64,000 nucleotides of DNA from Octopus vulgaris (lineage: Eukaryota), in the NCBI GenBank assembly GCA_951406725.2, contig OX597817.1, forward strand, positions 3,782,001 to 3,846,000. Direction: 5' to 3'. The notes below the pieces were generated by a model that worked only from the letters and a program-made list of their open reading frames with translations, was not told where the DNA came from and did not search any database. The translations under genes were made by a program, and so were the position numbers. This document shows positions 12,931-26,130 of the stretch, piece by piece (position 1 is the stretch's first letter; each line of letters opens with the position of its first letter).

Positions 12931-13529
12931 TCAATACCTTATATGTATACGGGTTGAGGAGGTAGATATACGTATTAATTTAATTTTGTAGTTGTTTTAA
13001 AACAGGATATCAATAAATTAACTTTAAATAGAGGTTGATTCGTAAGTAGAAAGGAACTAGTTGTTTTTATTAAAGACAGGGGGTAATTTAGCTCTTTCAA
13101 AGAAACAGATTCGTTGACAAATACAAAAATGCTTAGTTTTCGTCTTCTAATCAATTTATTATCTCTAAAGGTTTAATTTTGTCCTTCATTCTGGTTTGGA
13201 CTTCCTTCCTTATAATCTGACGATGAAAATAGAATTGTAATTTATAGTCAAACAGACCCTCACTTTTTATTGTTTTCTTTTCTGTATTTTGTACTTTGAT
13301 TATAATATAATTGTATGTGTTTCTCACTAAATCTATGGGTCTATATTTGTTTGTAATCTGCTGAAAATTAGACACTGCTTCGGGTATGCATTCCCACACT
13401 GACTGAAATTATAGTGAGAAGGGCTCATTTGGACAATCACCTCAGGTGGCGCATTTGACACCTTGGATGGATGATAATGATTACACAACGTCTCATCAAT
13501 GTACTACAGGTGTAAATATGTGTCGAAGT

Positions 13530-14390
13530 TATTTTGAAGTAAATACTTCCAAAAATGTGGACAACTTCCCACGGCTTCTGTTCTGGTGTTCAGGTAGCCT
13601 CCTGGCTCATGTGAGTTCACGAAGATAATAGATCTTTCTGCCATACACAATTTACATAGTCTTATTCCATTGCAATAGGGTCCACTAGTTTCCAGTAATT
13701 TTTGCCTGATGTTAAAGGGCGTACGATTGTCCTTTAGGCACCATACGTATGCTGCGAGTGTTGTTGTCTTGCGACTCTCCGAGACCCTAAAAGAAGGCGA
13801 ATTTTAAATTTGGATTCGCAATATCCGACATAAATTTTTATGTGTGCCTCTGTGTTGGCATTGATGTTACTGATATTTGTGCTGCTTCTGTTGGAGGCTA
13901 CCTTTGCGTGGTACACTGTAGCCTCGGTGTTACATCGGCCGTCCATTGGGCATTCATTCCTAATCCTGCATGAACAACCTGCCTCTGCCCATAGTTTAGG
14001 AGTGCTAAGTAATATTTTCTTAACATTAGGTGCACAACTGAAAGAGATCCTTAAATTATGTCTGTTAAAGATCTTTCTATATTTGTGTGATCGCGTGCAA
14101 TGCTTATCAACCGACCTGAGAAAAATCTTACCTACGCATGTCCGTACGTTTAGGGAGAAGCGGGAAGCGAACCATACAGTCTTGCAGTGGCGTTTCATTT
14201 TATCGTTACTCAATCCTGGTATATATACTATATTCTCTTTGAACCCGCTGGTCGCTAGTGCTTCATTGTAAGCAGGAACCGCTGCGACGAAAATATCTTT
14301 GTTTGAAGATAAGATCGAAATCCGTTTACTGATACATTTTATAAGGTTTTTGAAAACTATGGGTGGGTGGCAGGAGGCTGTATAGTAGCC
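13530..14390 (-). mobile_element. Penelope-like element (probably Naiad-type), RT thumb, linker and GIY-YIG endonuclease, decayed
   Basis: SCHPPIVFKNL..AYNEALATSGF, VWFASRFSLNVRTCVGKIFL..KIFNRHNLRISFSCAPN, CSCRIRNECPMDGRC, VYHAKV..IYVG, CKLCMAE and CPHF. Confidence 0.85.
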
Positions 14391-14395
14391 TAAAC

Positions 14396-14930
14396 TTTAT
14401 GTTGGATCTTGTGAATCCAAATTTAAAATTCGCTTGAAAAACAACAGATCTTCTTTCAGGGTCCCGGAGAGATGCAACACAACAACACTCGCAGAATACG
14501 TATGGCACCTAAAGGACAATCATACGTTCTTTAACATCAGGTGGGAATTCCTGGAAACTTGTGTACCCTGTCGCAATGGAACAAGACTGTGTAAATTGTG
14601 TATGGCAGAAAGATATATTACCCTCAGGAACTCATATGAGCCAGAAGGCTGCCTGAACACCAGGGTGGAAGCCGTGGCGAATTGTCCACATTTTCGGAAG
14701 TTTTTACTTCAAAATTGGAAAACCTAGCTACCAAACGAAGGAAAACAACTCGCCCGACCATAAATGTTTAGGAGGAACATTTACTGAACTATTACCATCT
14801 TTCTTGTGTTTAAAAAACATTCTTTGCAGAGAACGGTTATCGTTTAGAAAAACTGAAGAAATATCTGGTTCACACTAGATATGAGACTAATTGATGTTTC
14901 CAAACTATTACGTTACACATACAAATGTAT
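14396..14930 (+). mobile_element. Inverted second copy of the same Penelope-like 3' end (GIY-YIG C-terminus plus pLTR)
   Basis: YVGSCESKFKIR..TTLAEYVWHLKD..CKLCMAERY..LNTRVE..CPHFRKFLL (ORF 14434-14727). Reverse-complement match to 13530-13835. Confidence 0.88.
14842..14905 (+). ncRNA. Degenerate hammerhead-like motif in Penelope pLTR
   Basis: gtttagaaaaa CTGAAGA a atatctgg-ttcaca-ctagatat GAgAC taatt GaT gtttccaaac. 8-bp helix II and about 9-bp helix I, with two core substitutions. Confidence 0.6.
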
Positions 14931-15079
14931 ATATATGTTAATCATGATGGTTTCTTCCTGTCCGAAGATCATCAGGAAAAGTGGCCGCCTTAATATGGAG
15001 ATGTGGCTGCAACACCCACTACTCTCACTACCTATCGCTTTTCTTTTCTTCATCCATAAAAAGAAAAGAAATCACAATA

Positions 15080-15740
15080 TACCGTATAGAAAGAAAATTA
15101 ATAAAACCAAAGAATAAAATCCAAATTGTGGCTGTGAGATAACAATTAACTCAAAATAGCCTCACTCAGCTTCCATAATGGTCTCAAGACGGCTCTGTAG
15201 CCTGGCGCATGCGTTCCTCACCGTCTCTGGAAAGATCTTTCAGCACTTTGATCTTGGCAATGAGCTCGGTCTTGGTGTTACAGTCAGTCAGGTTGCACAT
15301 AGCAACAAAAGGGACTGCAATCACCGGAATTAGGAGGCCAGAAAATTGAGGTTGGTGAAGTAGAGATCTTCTGGCAAAAACTTCTGACTCTATATAGAGG
15401 TATGGTAAGGAGCTGAATCTTGCTGCCACACATATGCACTTTTAGCAGTATCCCACTCCAACACGTCTCCATCAGCTTCACATAGCCGTCTGAAATGAGC
15501 CAAAGGCTCTTTTCGAAGATGTGCGGATGACTTCCATTGTGCGAACGCAGTAAGAATGCCTTCTGTGTCCCTTCCTGCTGGCCACAGATTCTTAGTCTCC
15601 GTTGCAGCTGTATATATCATATCTTAAAGCCTTTACAGTATTCACAGGGCATTAAGCAGCAACCACAATGTCGTCATTTTGATACCCGGCGCAAATACTG
15701 ATGGCACAGGTAAATCTCTTCCAATATTCAGTCCGCCACA
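15080..15740 (-). mobile_element. Tc1/mariner-superfamily (maT/DD37D-like) transposon relic, internally deleted
   Basis: YVWQQDSAPYHTS, FWPPNSGDCSP (WPPNSPDCNP equivalent), CNTKTELIAKIK and RNACARLQSRLETIMEAE. Confidence 0.8.
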
Positions 15741-15849
15741 TCGGCTAACTTGTTTTCAACTAAAACTTTAATGTTTATGCTTTCCAATGGCGTTCAATGT
15801 TCACCGTAAAGTTGTTCCTGAACAAGAGCGACATAAATAATCGTTGAAT

Positions 15850-16092
<243 letters not shown>

Positions 16093-17433
16093 TATTGAAA
16101 AGTTACCGAAGCATAAAGGTACAGACACATGACAAGTTCCATCTACCAAATTTCACTTGGAAGCAATACTAGAAGAAATTCGCTCGAGTAAACGCACTGT
16201 GGATCATACTTCCTAACCATGCTCCGATGCATAACCTTGCTTTACTATTTATGCGATATATAATGTATAAAGAATTGTTTTACAGCAAAACCGTCACCAG
16301 TCACCGTTGCACTCGCCAGTTGCATGTAAGGTGGTATTGGTGTCGCCGACCTGAATCAACTTGCTAGTTGCATTAACGCTGTGCTGTTCACACAAACTAT
16401 ATGACATTGTTTTTCAATTGTGCCCTCATTTCAGTTACTACACTGCTATAAATTTCATTTGTTACTAAGCATTCCTGTAAGCTGGTAGGTCACACAGCTT
16501 GTGAAATAATTGTTATCAAAACTATTGCCAACAACGTCATGTTGTAATGACATTTGTCTGCTCGCCTCATCGTCACTGCAGACGAATGCACACTTATCAG
16601 AGTATTAGTTGCACCAAGTAATTTTCGTTTGTTTCACGTCGTTGTCGTTGCAATTGCAGTAAATTAAGTCACATTCAATTCCAATGTTAAGTCTCGCATT
16701 AAGAGCTTAATAGAAATTTAGTAAATAGAAAATAGCACACAAAAAATCGAGGTGGCAGCGAATTATGCGGCGGGGTGGCGATGGGGGGATAAACGGTGCA
16801 CACTATTTTGCATTTACTTTTAAAAGAAAACAAGAAAACAAGAAATTCAAAACTCTCCAACAAAGTTCAATAAGAGAAAAACCATTTTTGCAGACTAATG
16901 ATAGATAATTCAGTATATACTCATATCTTCATAACGCAGTTATTTGGGAAAAACATACATACATACATATATACATATACATATATATATATACACATAC
17001 AGTATATATCATCTGATGAAGATGAAACTTATTGCAAAGAATTATTTAAAAAGTATCGTATATACGGGTTTTATTCTGGTGGTTATCAAAGTTAAGTTCG
17101 TAGCTTTATATATAGTGAAGCACCGAGCCGGATTTTATAATGCAAAGAAATGTGAGCTGAGTAAAAAAATAGGTCAGGTCACTGCTGCATTTAGTGTCCT
17201 AGTGTTTCTTCTATTCCGTGTCTAGACTACATCCTGTTGCGCAAAAACATTTACTGCACACTATGCAGTTGCATTATGTACATATATTGGCCCATAGTGT
17301 TATTTTTGTGTTTACAATAATCTCTTTTTCCTCTCTCTTTTACTTAATATTCATCTCTCCCTCTCTCTCTATATATAGAGAGATATGTATATAAATACGT
17401 GTGTGAATCTCTCTATCTCTCTCACTCTTACCC

Positions 17434-17464
<31 letters not shown>

Positions 17465-17596
17465 CATATTCTTATGTAATATTCTTATGTACGAAAACAT
17501 TCAAAATATACTTATTTTATTGTATGCCTAATATATGTTCGTTTGCTTATGTGTTTCATAGGAACTTCATGTACGTAGATATTAAAGAGAGAGAAA

Positions 17597-17697
<101 letters not shown>

Positions 17698-18185
17698 TGG
17701 CGTAGAACGAATGAAATATGAATCTTGTGGTTATCGTAGGCAACGTTCCCAGATGAATGTTAGATGAACTGAGGCAATGCAAAATATAGTGTGAAAGCCA
17801 GAAGCAGAATGACTCCCGGCGATTTATGAGCTGGTAGTCCAATATCTTATCCTCACTGCTAGCTGGCATTAACAAAATTAGTAAATAAATAGTAACTAGA
17901 AAACACTAAACAGTAAATTAGCGAGTAAAACTTGGAGGTCTCTCGATAAATAACGAAGTGATTTTTTTTCTCGTCTTCATTGATCTATTATGGTCACTCG
18001 ACATGCCAAAAATAACGGCTATCGCGCTCTGTCCCTGTCTCTGTCTTTCTGTCTGTCTGTCTGTCTGTCTGTCTTCCTCTCTCTCTCTCTCTCTCGATGG
18101 CGTCCTAAATGAAGTACATGTGGATATGCAAAAGGAATGCAAGTTTTAATGGCAATACTTTTCACCATAATACCGTGTCTGAAGA

Positions 18186-18238
<53 letters not shown>

Positions 18239-18405
18239 CACTACTACTTCTACCACGACGACGACGACGACGACCACCACCACCACCACCACAACCACCA
18301 CTACTACTACTATTACTACTACTACTGCTGCTGCTGCTGCTACTGCCGTTGCTACTGCTGTCGCTACCGCTGCAGCTGCTGCTGCGGCTGCTGTTGCTGC
18401 TGCTT
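18186..18405. repeat. Compound trinucleotide microsatellite (CTA/CGA/CCA/CTG)n
   Basis: Directly visible. Confidence 0.95.
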
Positions 18406-21400
18406 GCGTGTCTTGCACACAACATTGACTTTCATACTCTCCACAACGACCGTATGAGGCAGGGTGATGAAATTTAAGTTGTTTATAGTTTCAGCCATCG
18501 CATTTGTAATTCTTTAGAGACAGATTCCCTTTTGCAAGATTGGCCTTCACGTAAGCATATTCTTACTCTACGGCAGCTATGAACATGCTGGAAACATGCT
18601 TCTTGGCGATCGTACCAATCCAATAACTGCTCGAGAATTGTTTAATATTTCATCCGAACCTCACCTTTCTGAAAACATTCAACAATACAACTTTGTATAT
18701 TTACTGAGTGATACAATTGTTTGAGAAATATTTAATTTATCCCTCTTAGTTGCTGAGATAAAAAAAATCAATAATTAATCATAATATTTTACTGATTTCT
18801 TTCATTATACTGCGGTTATCCTGGGGGTAGATTCTTCGAGTGTTTCATTTATCTTTTAACCAGGAAAATGTTCTCTATATATTTTCTTGCAGAACAACTT
18901 ATTTATAGGACATAAAAATGACAATACCAGCATAAACTACATCGTTTTCCCCACAAATGTATGCATAATTATTGTCTTAAGTGAATAAGCACGTTTATGG
19001 TTATAATCAAAATTTGAGCGGATTCTTGCTAATATATTCTATTCAAAAACTTATTGAATAACCCGAATCTGTAGACATCTGCTCAAGGATTAAGATAGAG
19101 CAATTGAACTGAGAACCATATTTGTTACATTGTCACCTACTTAACCTCAAATCTCGTATTTCATTGTCCAGTACATTTTATTTTGTATTGTATTAAAGAG
19201 ATAAATAATTCAATTCATATGATTACCTATTATATCTTGATTAGCTGATTGGTCGTTTGGGTGACTGTTCGACACAAATAATTACTCCTTGAAACTATGT
19301 TTTCCTGATTAGAAGGTTGAAAAGAAAGATGATACGATCCAAAATAGAATGTAAACCATAGAAAAAATTAACAAAGAGCATTTACAGATATATAGCATAA
19401 AGGAATGTACTAGCGTGGTCAAAAATACTGATAGTTTTAAAGCTCGAAATGAAAGTTTAATGGAAAGGGAAAAGCAGACTGAATCAGCTTGACTAAACTT
19501 CTCTTATTGTTAGTTACCGTAGACAAAGGAAAAGTCAGTGTACAGCACTGAACTTGAACTTTCAATATATGGAAATGAAATTAAATATTACCTCATTTTT
19601 TTTTCTTGGGTACAGAGGTTATATAGTAAATAGGGGGAGAATAAACAGTCGGAATATTCATGTTCATTTTGTGATCATTAGTGACATAAGCGCTATGAAA
19701 AATTGAATAGTATAACACGTTTAATTAGTTGTTCGATAGTTTTTACCAAAAGACCCCCTCGTAGAGGCGGCCTATTAGCATAAGTCACTTAACTATAAAA
19801 CAAATTGCCTTACTGAAAAAGAATTTCGGTGCCTAAGCTACCCCATCACTAAAAATCAATTATTCAGCTTAGTCCAGTACTCAGCTCGCAATGCAATGTA
19901 GTGTCTTTAACTTCTGCTTGGCGTTTTTCTAGCTTCATTGATTAGGTCATGTTGACATTGGCTGACTTCATTGAATATTGCGGGTTAAAAAGCAGGAGAA
20001 ATACTAAAGAACAAATACAAAACCAAAATTAGAAATGGCAAAGAAAAATTGTACACTTCCAGTGAGAACGTTGATGTGCTTTTTTTTTATTTTATAAATT
20101 ATTTATTTCTATTTTTTATTAATTTATTTTTGTTTATTTCGATGATCTTTACCTCATTTATTGCACTTGATGTTTTGGTTTCAAACGACACTCAATGCAA
20201 TATTTAATGTATAATCTAATGCAATGAATTAATTTCTTTAGTCAATATATATTTATTGGAACCTGTCTGAGTTCTCGCTCTTTCAACCCTATCTTCTCTC
20301 TCTCTCTCTCTTTTTCTCTCTTTATTCCTGTATCATCACTCCTCTTACTTTCTATCCTACCCAACGCTTCTCTTGTTTGCTTGATATTTTAAAAAATATT
20401 ATGTTAGACTTTGATGAAAATTTCACCTTCGAACCACTTTGCTTTCATTTGTTTATATTTTTGCCTTGTGTTACTGTATCTTTTCATATTTGACAAGGAT
20501 TTTTTTTTGTTTCTTTAATGTTTCTTTCGAGCCTTGATAGCATCGAATACAAGTTGATTTATTTACATCTGTTCTAAGAGAATCTTAATTGATTGAATAT
20601 TGAATTTATTTGTATTGAGAAAAAGAAAAAAAAAAGAAACAACAAATCCGTATTCTTCAAACCAAGCCTGCTATCTGATGACAAAATAACAACTGAAAAA
20701 CCTCTTGAGGTTTTATTATTTCGTTGCCTTTATCATCTAATAATTCACAGTCTTTGATTGTTTCATTGATTTATTTCGGTCTATAACAAAGACTGGGGAG
20801 AATAAAGATAGCAAGGTCGATAAATCTGTAACTCGCTGATAGCGGAGGCTGAAAGTTCGTAACCTGTCACTGCCAATGAGTAATGCTCTTAGATCTCAAA
20901 TGGCCCGGCAATACTGCCAATAGGCGAGATTATACTGAGCTTGCCATACTCAGTTTAATCCATTGTCGGACAACGATATCGAGCAGGATATGTAGACTCT
21001 GTGAAATTGTTTCGGTTATGATCACTACAGAAAAAAAAATGAATTCTATAGAATTTTTGCAATATCGAAATGAATTATAGCACATTGTTTTCAAAACGTG
21101 TACAAGAGAATAGTCTCGAAGATCTGCAAGTGAGTCAAATTTTCGAACATGATCAACATTTATCTTGCTTTTGATATTCATCAATTTCCAAATGCAGAAA
21201 GACATGATTTCAATAAGTTTCCTTTAACTTTGTACTGGAATACGAAGTCGTCATTAGTGACCTAACAGCTAATTTTCTGTTTCAGAATATTTATAGGCAA
21301 TGGAAAAACACAGAGAAAATGTAAGCATTTGAAAAAAAAAAAAAAAATATAGCTAAAAAAATTCTATCAGATATTTTCTGCCACTTAACATTAAAGAACA

Positions 21401-22949
21401 AAAAAAAAATAATAAAAGAAGCAACTGATCCTTCCAGAAGAAAATCACGAGCAAAATGAAATACAAAACATCTTGTACATTAGATTAATCCTATGTCATT
21501 GTGAGTAACAATTGTTCTTAAAGGGGTTACATTTACGACAAGGATATATAATAGAATTTTATGTACACACACACACACACACGAACCACACACACAATAA
21601 CACACAAACACACCACGCACAATAACACGTACACACCACACACCACACAATAACACACACACGCAAGTCGTTTGCCGCAATGATCTGCAAATATGAATTA
21701 CTGTAGAATTCTGAGAATTATAATTTAGAACAGTTATGTGCAGAAGTTGTTACAGAGTACTTTTAGTAGCTGTTGGCTGTTGAAGAAGTCAAGTTATTAG
21801 CAACATCTTAAACAGAGCTGTGGACAGCAAAATGTTAACTTATTATAAAACAGATATTCTATTTCTGTAGATCCCTAAAAGGGTACAAAATATTACTTAT
21901 GCCCAGAGGTCATGATGTTGTTTCAGTGCTTTCTACTAGCCTAATAGTTATTTATGTCACAAACATCACAATATTTTATCACAGAAGATGGAATAGAACT
22001 GGAATTCAGAGAATAAATGAAACTACATGACATGGCGTGTTATTACAAAAATGTAAATGGCAAACGTCTAATCTCTTATCTTGTAAGCATGGTGCCTAGA
22101 AATATATGAAAAATGAGATTTAATGTAGTTGCATAAACAAATTGTGTCTAGTTTAATTACAAGGACAAGAATTTTGATGAGAGATATTAGTTGATTACAT
22201 CACTCGTAGTTGTAGATTGGTACCTTATTTTACCAAATCCGGAGGTAAGAAAGGCGATAGTGACTTCAGCAGCATTATTAACGCGGGAGTAAAGATTAGG
22301 GAAAATAGCGCAAGTCTCTAACGACAGCATGAATCCACCAGCCTTGTTACCTAATATATTAACAGATGCCCTGTAAAATATCTTTTGTCGATGTCATAGT
22401 TGAAATAGTTATACACACTAACATGATAAAACCTTAATCATTTGCAAAATACATAGACATATGTCTCCACAGACATTTATATTTGCTTTTTGCCACAAGG
22501 ATAATACTGTAGGTTAATGACCTTGTCAGTTACAGACTTGTTAACAGTTTCCTCTTACGTTCTTTTAAGTTTTCATACATTTCAAATTTTCTACGACGAA
22601 AGATTTGTAATCGTGAAATGTTACTTAACTATTCAGCGACATTCGGTCATTACTAAATGCAACCACTCTTTGCTCTGTTACACTGCTCTTTTCATAATAA
22701 GTTAGACTACCACACCAGAAAAATTTTAAATATTGTCGAACAAATACAAAGTGCTGATCCGTATGCTTACGTAACCTCTATAATATGCGTTCAGTGCTCT
22801 TCTTCAATCGTTTTTAAATACTAGAGTTAAAGACATTGATATACATTTCAACTATCCCACAATTCATTTAAAACATTTGTAACATGAGTGGCATGAGTAA
22901 CGCTGAATGTCTATCCTCTCTCTCCCTCTACCTCCTCTCTCTCCCTCTT

Positions 22950-22957
22950 CTATCTAT

Positions 22958-23050
<93 letters not shown>

Positions 23051-23130
23051 AATCTATCTACATACTCTCGCACACACACATGCACACACACACATGCACA
23101 CACACACATCCACACGCGCACACACACACT
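22950..23130. repeat. (TATC)n followed by a (CA)-rich tract. A second (TATC)n lies at 23560-23682
   Basis: Directly visible. Confidence 0.95.
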
Positions 23131-23595
23131 CCTTGTGTGTGACAAAATCGGTATTAGTTAAGAATAGCAATATGCGTATCATACCTAAAGCAAATTCAGT
23201 ATTGAAAGCCTAATTCACAGAGATATTCATCTTGAGATATATCTCTTATAGACAGAGTCTATTACTAGATGTTAAAAAAAGAAGCGGAAACCTCTTATTA
23301 CATCATAAAACCGCGATAACACAATCATATCTGCGTTCGGCTCATTTATGAGTTCAGGACAGACTGGAAAGTCTAACTGACCAAGAAAACTTTAGATGTT
23401 TGGATTTTCTGTTTAACACAAATATCTGACGTGTAGCATGTGTACTCTAACTCGTTCTTACCAGCATATAGGTACATTCCAAGAGATAATAACGTTTTTA
23501 CAAGAGAAAGTTATACATAGATATATACATATCTATCTACCAGCATGTCAACTGTTTGTCTATCTATCTGTCTATTTATCTATCTATCGATCTAC

Positions 23596-23682
<87 letters not shown>

Positions 23683-24050
23683 CACACACACACATATCTG
23701 CAATATAATATGTGACCATTATTCACTTGCCATAATAAAACAAATATTTAGCCACATGTGGACATGATCCACATATGTGTGGGTGTGCATGTATGTGTTT
23801 CACGCGAGTGTAAGTGAACATATGCATATAGATACATGTTCGTAGGTGTGCGTGCGCGCATGTGTATGCATGTACATGCGCGCATACGCGATTTCTATGA
23901 GCACTTTTACTTTTTTACCTCCTTACTTTCTCCCCTTCGGTTTTTCCCCTTATTTAACGGTCATTCTAATAGCTATTTTGTCTTAATAACGGACAATTAC
24001 ATAGTACTTTCCTTTTCTTTAACGGTCATTTTCATAGTATTTTTTTATTG

Positions 24051-24120
24051 TCATAATAACTGACGAGATGCCGGAGCAAAAATTCCGCTCTGACATCCGA
24101 AACTCAGAATTTTATCATGT
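24051..24120 (+). ncRNA. Orphan hammerhead-like motif with long helix II (degenerate cleavage triplet)
   Basis: CTGACGA gatgccggagc-aaaaattcc-gctctgacatc c GAAAC tca GAA. 11-bp helix II with one mismatch. Confidence 0.5.
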
Positions 24121-25306
24121 CGACCAAATAATCGTCCCATATTATATTACAGATAAATTTCTCTATTTACATAATATCGAGATATCATTCATTTGTTGTC
24201 ATACCATTACTATTAATATAAATATATATTGCAGACACTTGTATTTAAGCATAATGTATGTCTGCGTATGTGTTTGTCTATTACATGTAGAGGTATGTAT
24301 GTAGATACTATTTGTGTCTATATTAAAACAAAAATCAATGTCAGAACTTCTCTGTCGTAAATGTGTCTCCAGTTGACCATTTAACCCGGCGTATACATAA
24401 GTATACTTAATTTGCACGGTGTAAAAGAGTTCTTTTATCTTCTATAATAAAATCTACTGACAATTTATACTTAGGAAACCAAAGGAACGTTTAATTACTT
24501 CAAAAATACATTTCTCTGTACTTTCTTTGTGTATTTTGTTCTGTAATGTGTAATTCAGAGTAAGTTAACATACTAGATTCTGAAATAAAGTCTGATAACG
24601 GAAATATATACTCACTACATTTGGCTAAGCAACAACTATGCTGATATTATTATTTTACCAACTATCATTAACTATTATTTTTCATAAACATTATATTTTC
24701 CTCATTATTATTAGTATTGATAATTATTTTAGCTAATTATTTTTCTAATTAGTTTTCTAATTATACGTGAGAATGTCCACAAATTTTGTTAAATTTCGCT
24801 GCAAGATTTCCACCACTTAGCACGAGTAGAGTTTTCAACTCCGTATGAAAATTATAATATTTCACTTGGGATTGCAAAACTTACGAGCAGTTGATGCGAC
24901 TCGGTAATGTAATAGTAATGCCTCGGCGCCATCTTGGACAAAAGGAAACACTTAATTAGGCCGTATTCATTTGTCGCTCGAACGTATTTTTATAGACGAA
25001 ACAAAAGTAAAGGCATACGACGAAATCAAATGTATACATGCCTTCGTATATACATACATCGTAGTCGGCGTTCATCCGTATCCGAATAGTAGATCCGTAG
25101 CTAGTGATTGAGTCTCTTCATCTTCATGTGTGCGGAGGATACCGACGCCTGAGGTGGTTGTTCAGGTCAAGGTCTATAGAGAATTGCCGAGGACGTTTAC
25201 CGTCGGGGAGATTTGGTGGAGACGATGAATGATTCAATGGATGAATGATTCAACAGCCAGAAAAATATCAGGGGTTGTAATTGGTGATCGTTATTATTAG
25301 GGATGT

Positions 25307-25573
25307 GGAGGCGCGTGGCTTAGTGGTTAGGGTGTCAGCACCATGATCGTAAGATTGTGGTTTCGATTCCTGGACCGATGGACGCGTTGTGTTCTTGAGC
25401 AAAACACTTCATTTCACGTTGCTCCAGTTCACTCAGCTGGCAAAAATGAGTAACGCTGCAATGGACTGGCGTCCCGTCCAGGTGGGGAACACATGCGCCA
25501 TAGAAACCGGGGAACCGGGCCCATGAGCCTGGCTGGCTTCAAAAGGGCGCATTTATTATTTATTATTATTATT
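25307..25573 (+). mobile_element. tRNA-derived SINE family 3, apparently full length, with (TTA)n tail
   Basis: A-box tggcttagtgg (25316-25326), B-box-like gtttcgattcc, central cttgagcaaaacacttc and atggactggcgtcccgtccagg, 3' agaaaccggg. ttattatta on both sides. Confidence 0.88.
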
Positions 25574-25853
25574 AAAGATAGCGGAAGTGTATGTTCATCT
25601 TTCGGGGAGGTATAAATATAGAAAAAGACTTAAATGCTCAAATAATGAGAATAAATTTGTACACTGATGGGTATGTGATAATGAATTAAAATATATAAAA
25701 ATTGGTTATGCGTTCATATTTAGACCTCTTCTGTATTTTTCGATGAAAAAATTTTCTTTAAATTGTATGCATCTTCCTTCTTTTATTTATATATATTTTT
25801 TGCATTACAATGCCCCACGTGGAGTAATCGAAATTCTTTCCTTTGTGTTACGA

Positions 25854-25877
25854 TAACCCTAACCCTAACCCTAACCC
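25854..25877. repeat. Short interstitial telomere-type repeat (TAACCC)4
   Basis: Directly visible. Similar run at 44426-44449. Confidence 0.85.
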
Positions 25878-25942
25878 CCCCCACACACACACACACGAGG
25901 GATATTCAATTTCCTTGAACCAAATCCACTCACAAGGCTTTG

Positions 25943-26002
<60 letters not shown>

Positions 26003-26005
<3 letters not shown>

Positions 26006-26130
26006 CTGGGATTTGGTGCCTTATTAATTAACACACGCACCGGTAAAGTTTCCCCTCAAATTATTTATTTCTCCTAAAATTTTCGTTGCGTCTTTTCTAT
26101 AGTCGTTGACTATGTCTGATATCTGAGCTG
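26003..26130 (+). mobile_element. Unclassified interspersed repeat (possible LTR fragment), copy 1
   Basis: gtgccttattaattaacacacgcaccggtaaagtttcc..aaaattttcgttgcgtct matches the reverse complement of 28580-28717. Confidence 0.65.

Noticed and set aside
14727-14930. Possible SECIS or selenoprotein coding, as known for some Naiad elements
   Set aside because: Conserved Cys positions use TGT/TGC, there is no in-frame TGA, and I see no AUGA..AA..GA SECIS core. Only an 8-bp hairpin (taaatgtt/aacattta) and the hammerhead-like motif are present
14941-14985. Minus-strand CTGATGA tcttc..gaaGAAAC hammerhead-like string
   Set aside because: Helix II overlaps GAAA, and there is no NUH triplet or helix I. 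Could be chance
16168-16700. Possible Helitron 3' end (CTAG|T on minus strand) with helicase remnant
   Set aside because: No clear subterminal hairpin or recognisable helicase motif
17011-17040. CTGATGAagatGAAAC
   Set aside because: No helix I, II or III pairing
25307-25380. tRNA-like sequence (also at 413, 28067, 39065 and 46349)
   Set aside because: These are SINE heads. They lack a complete cloverleaf and continue into SINE bodies
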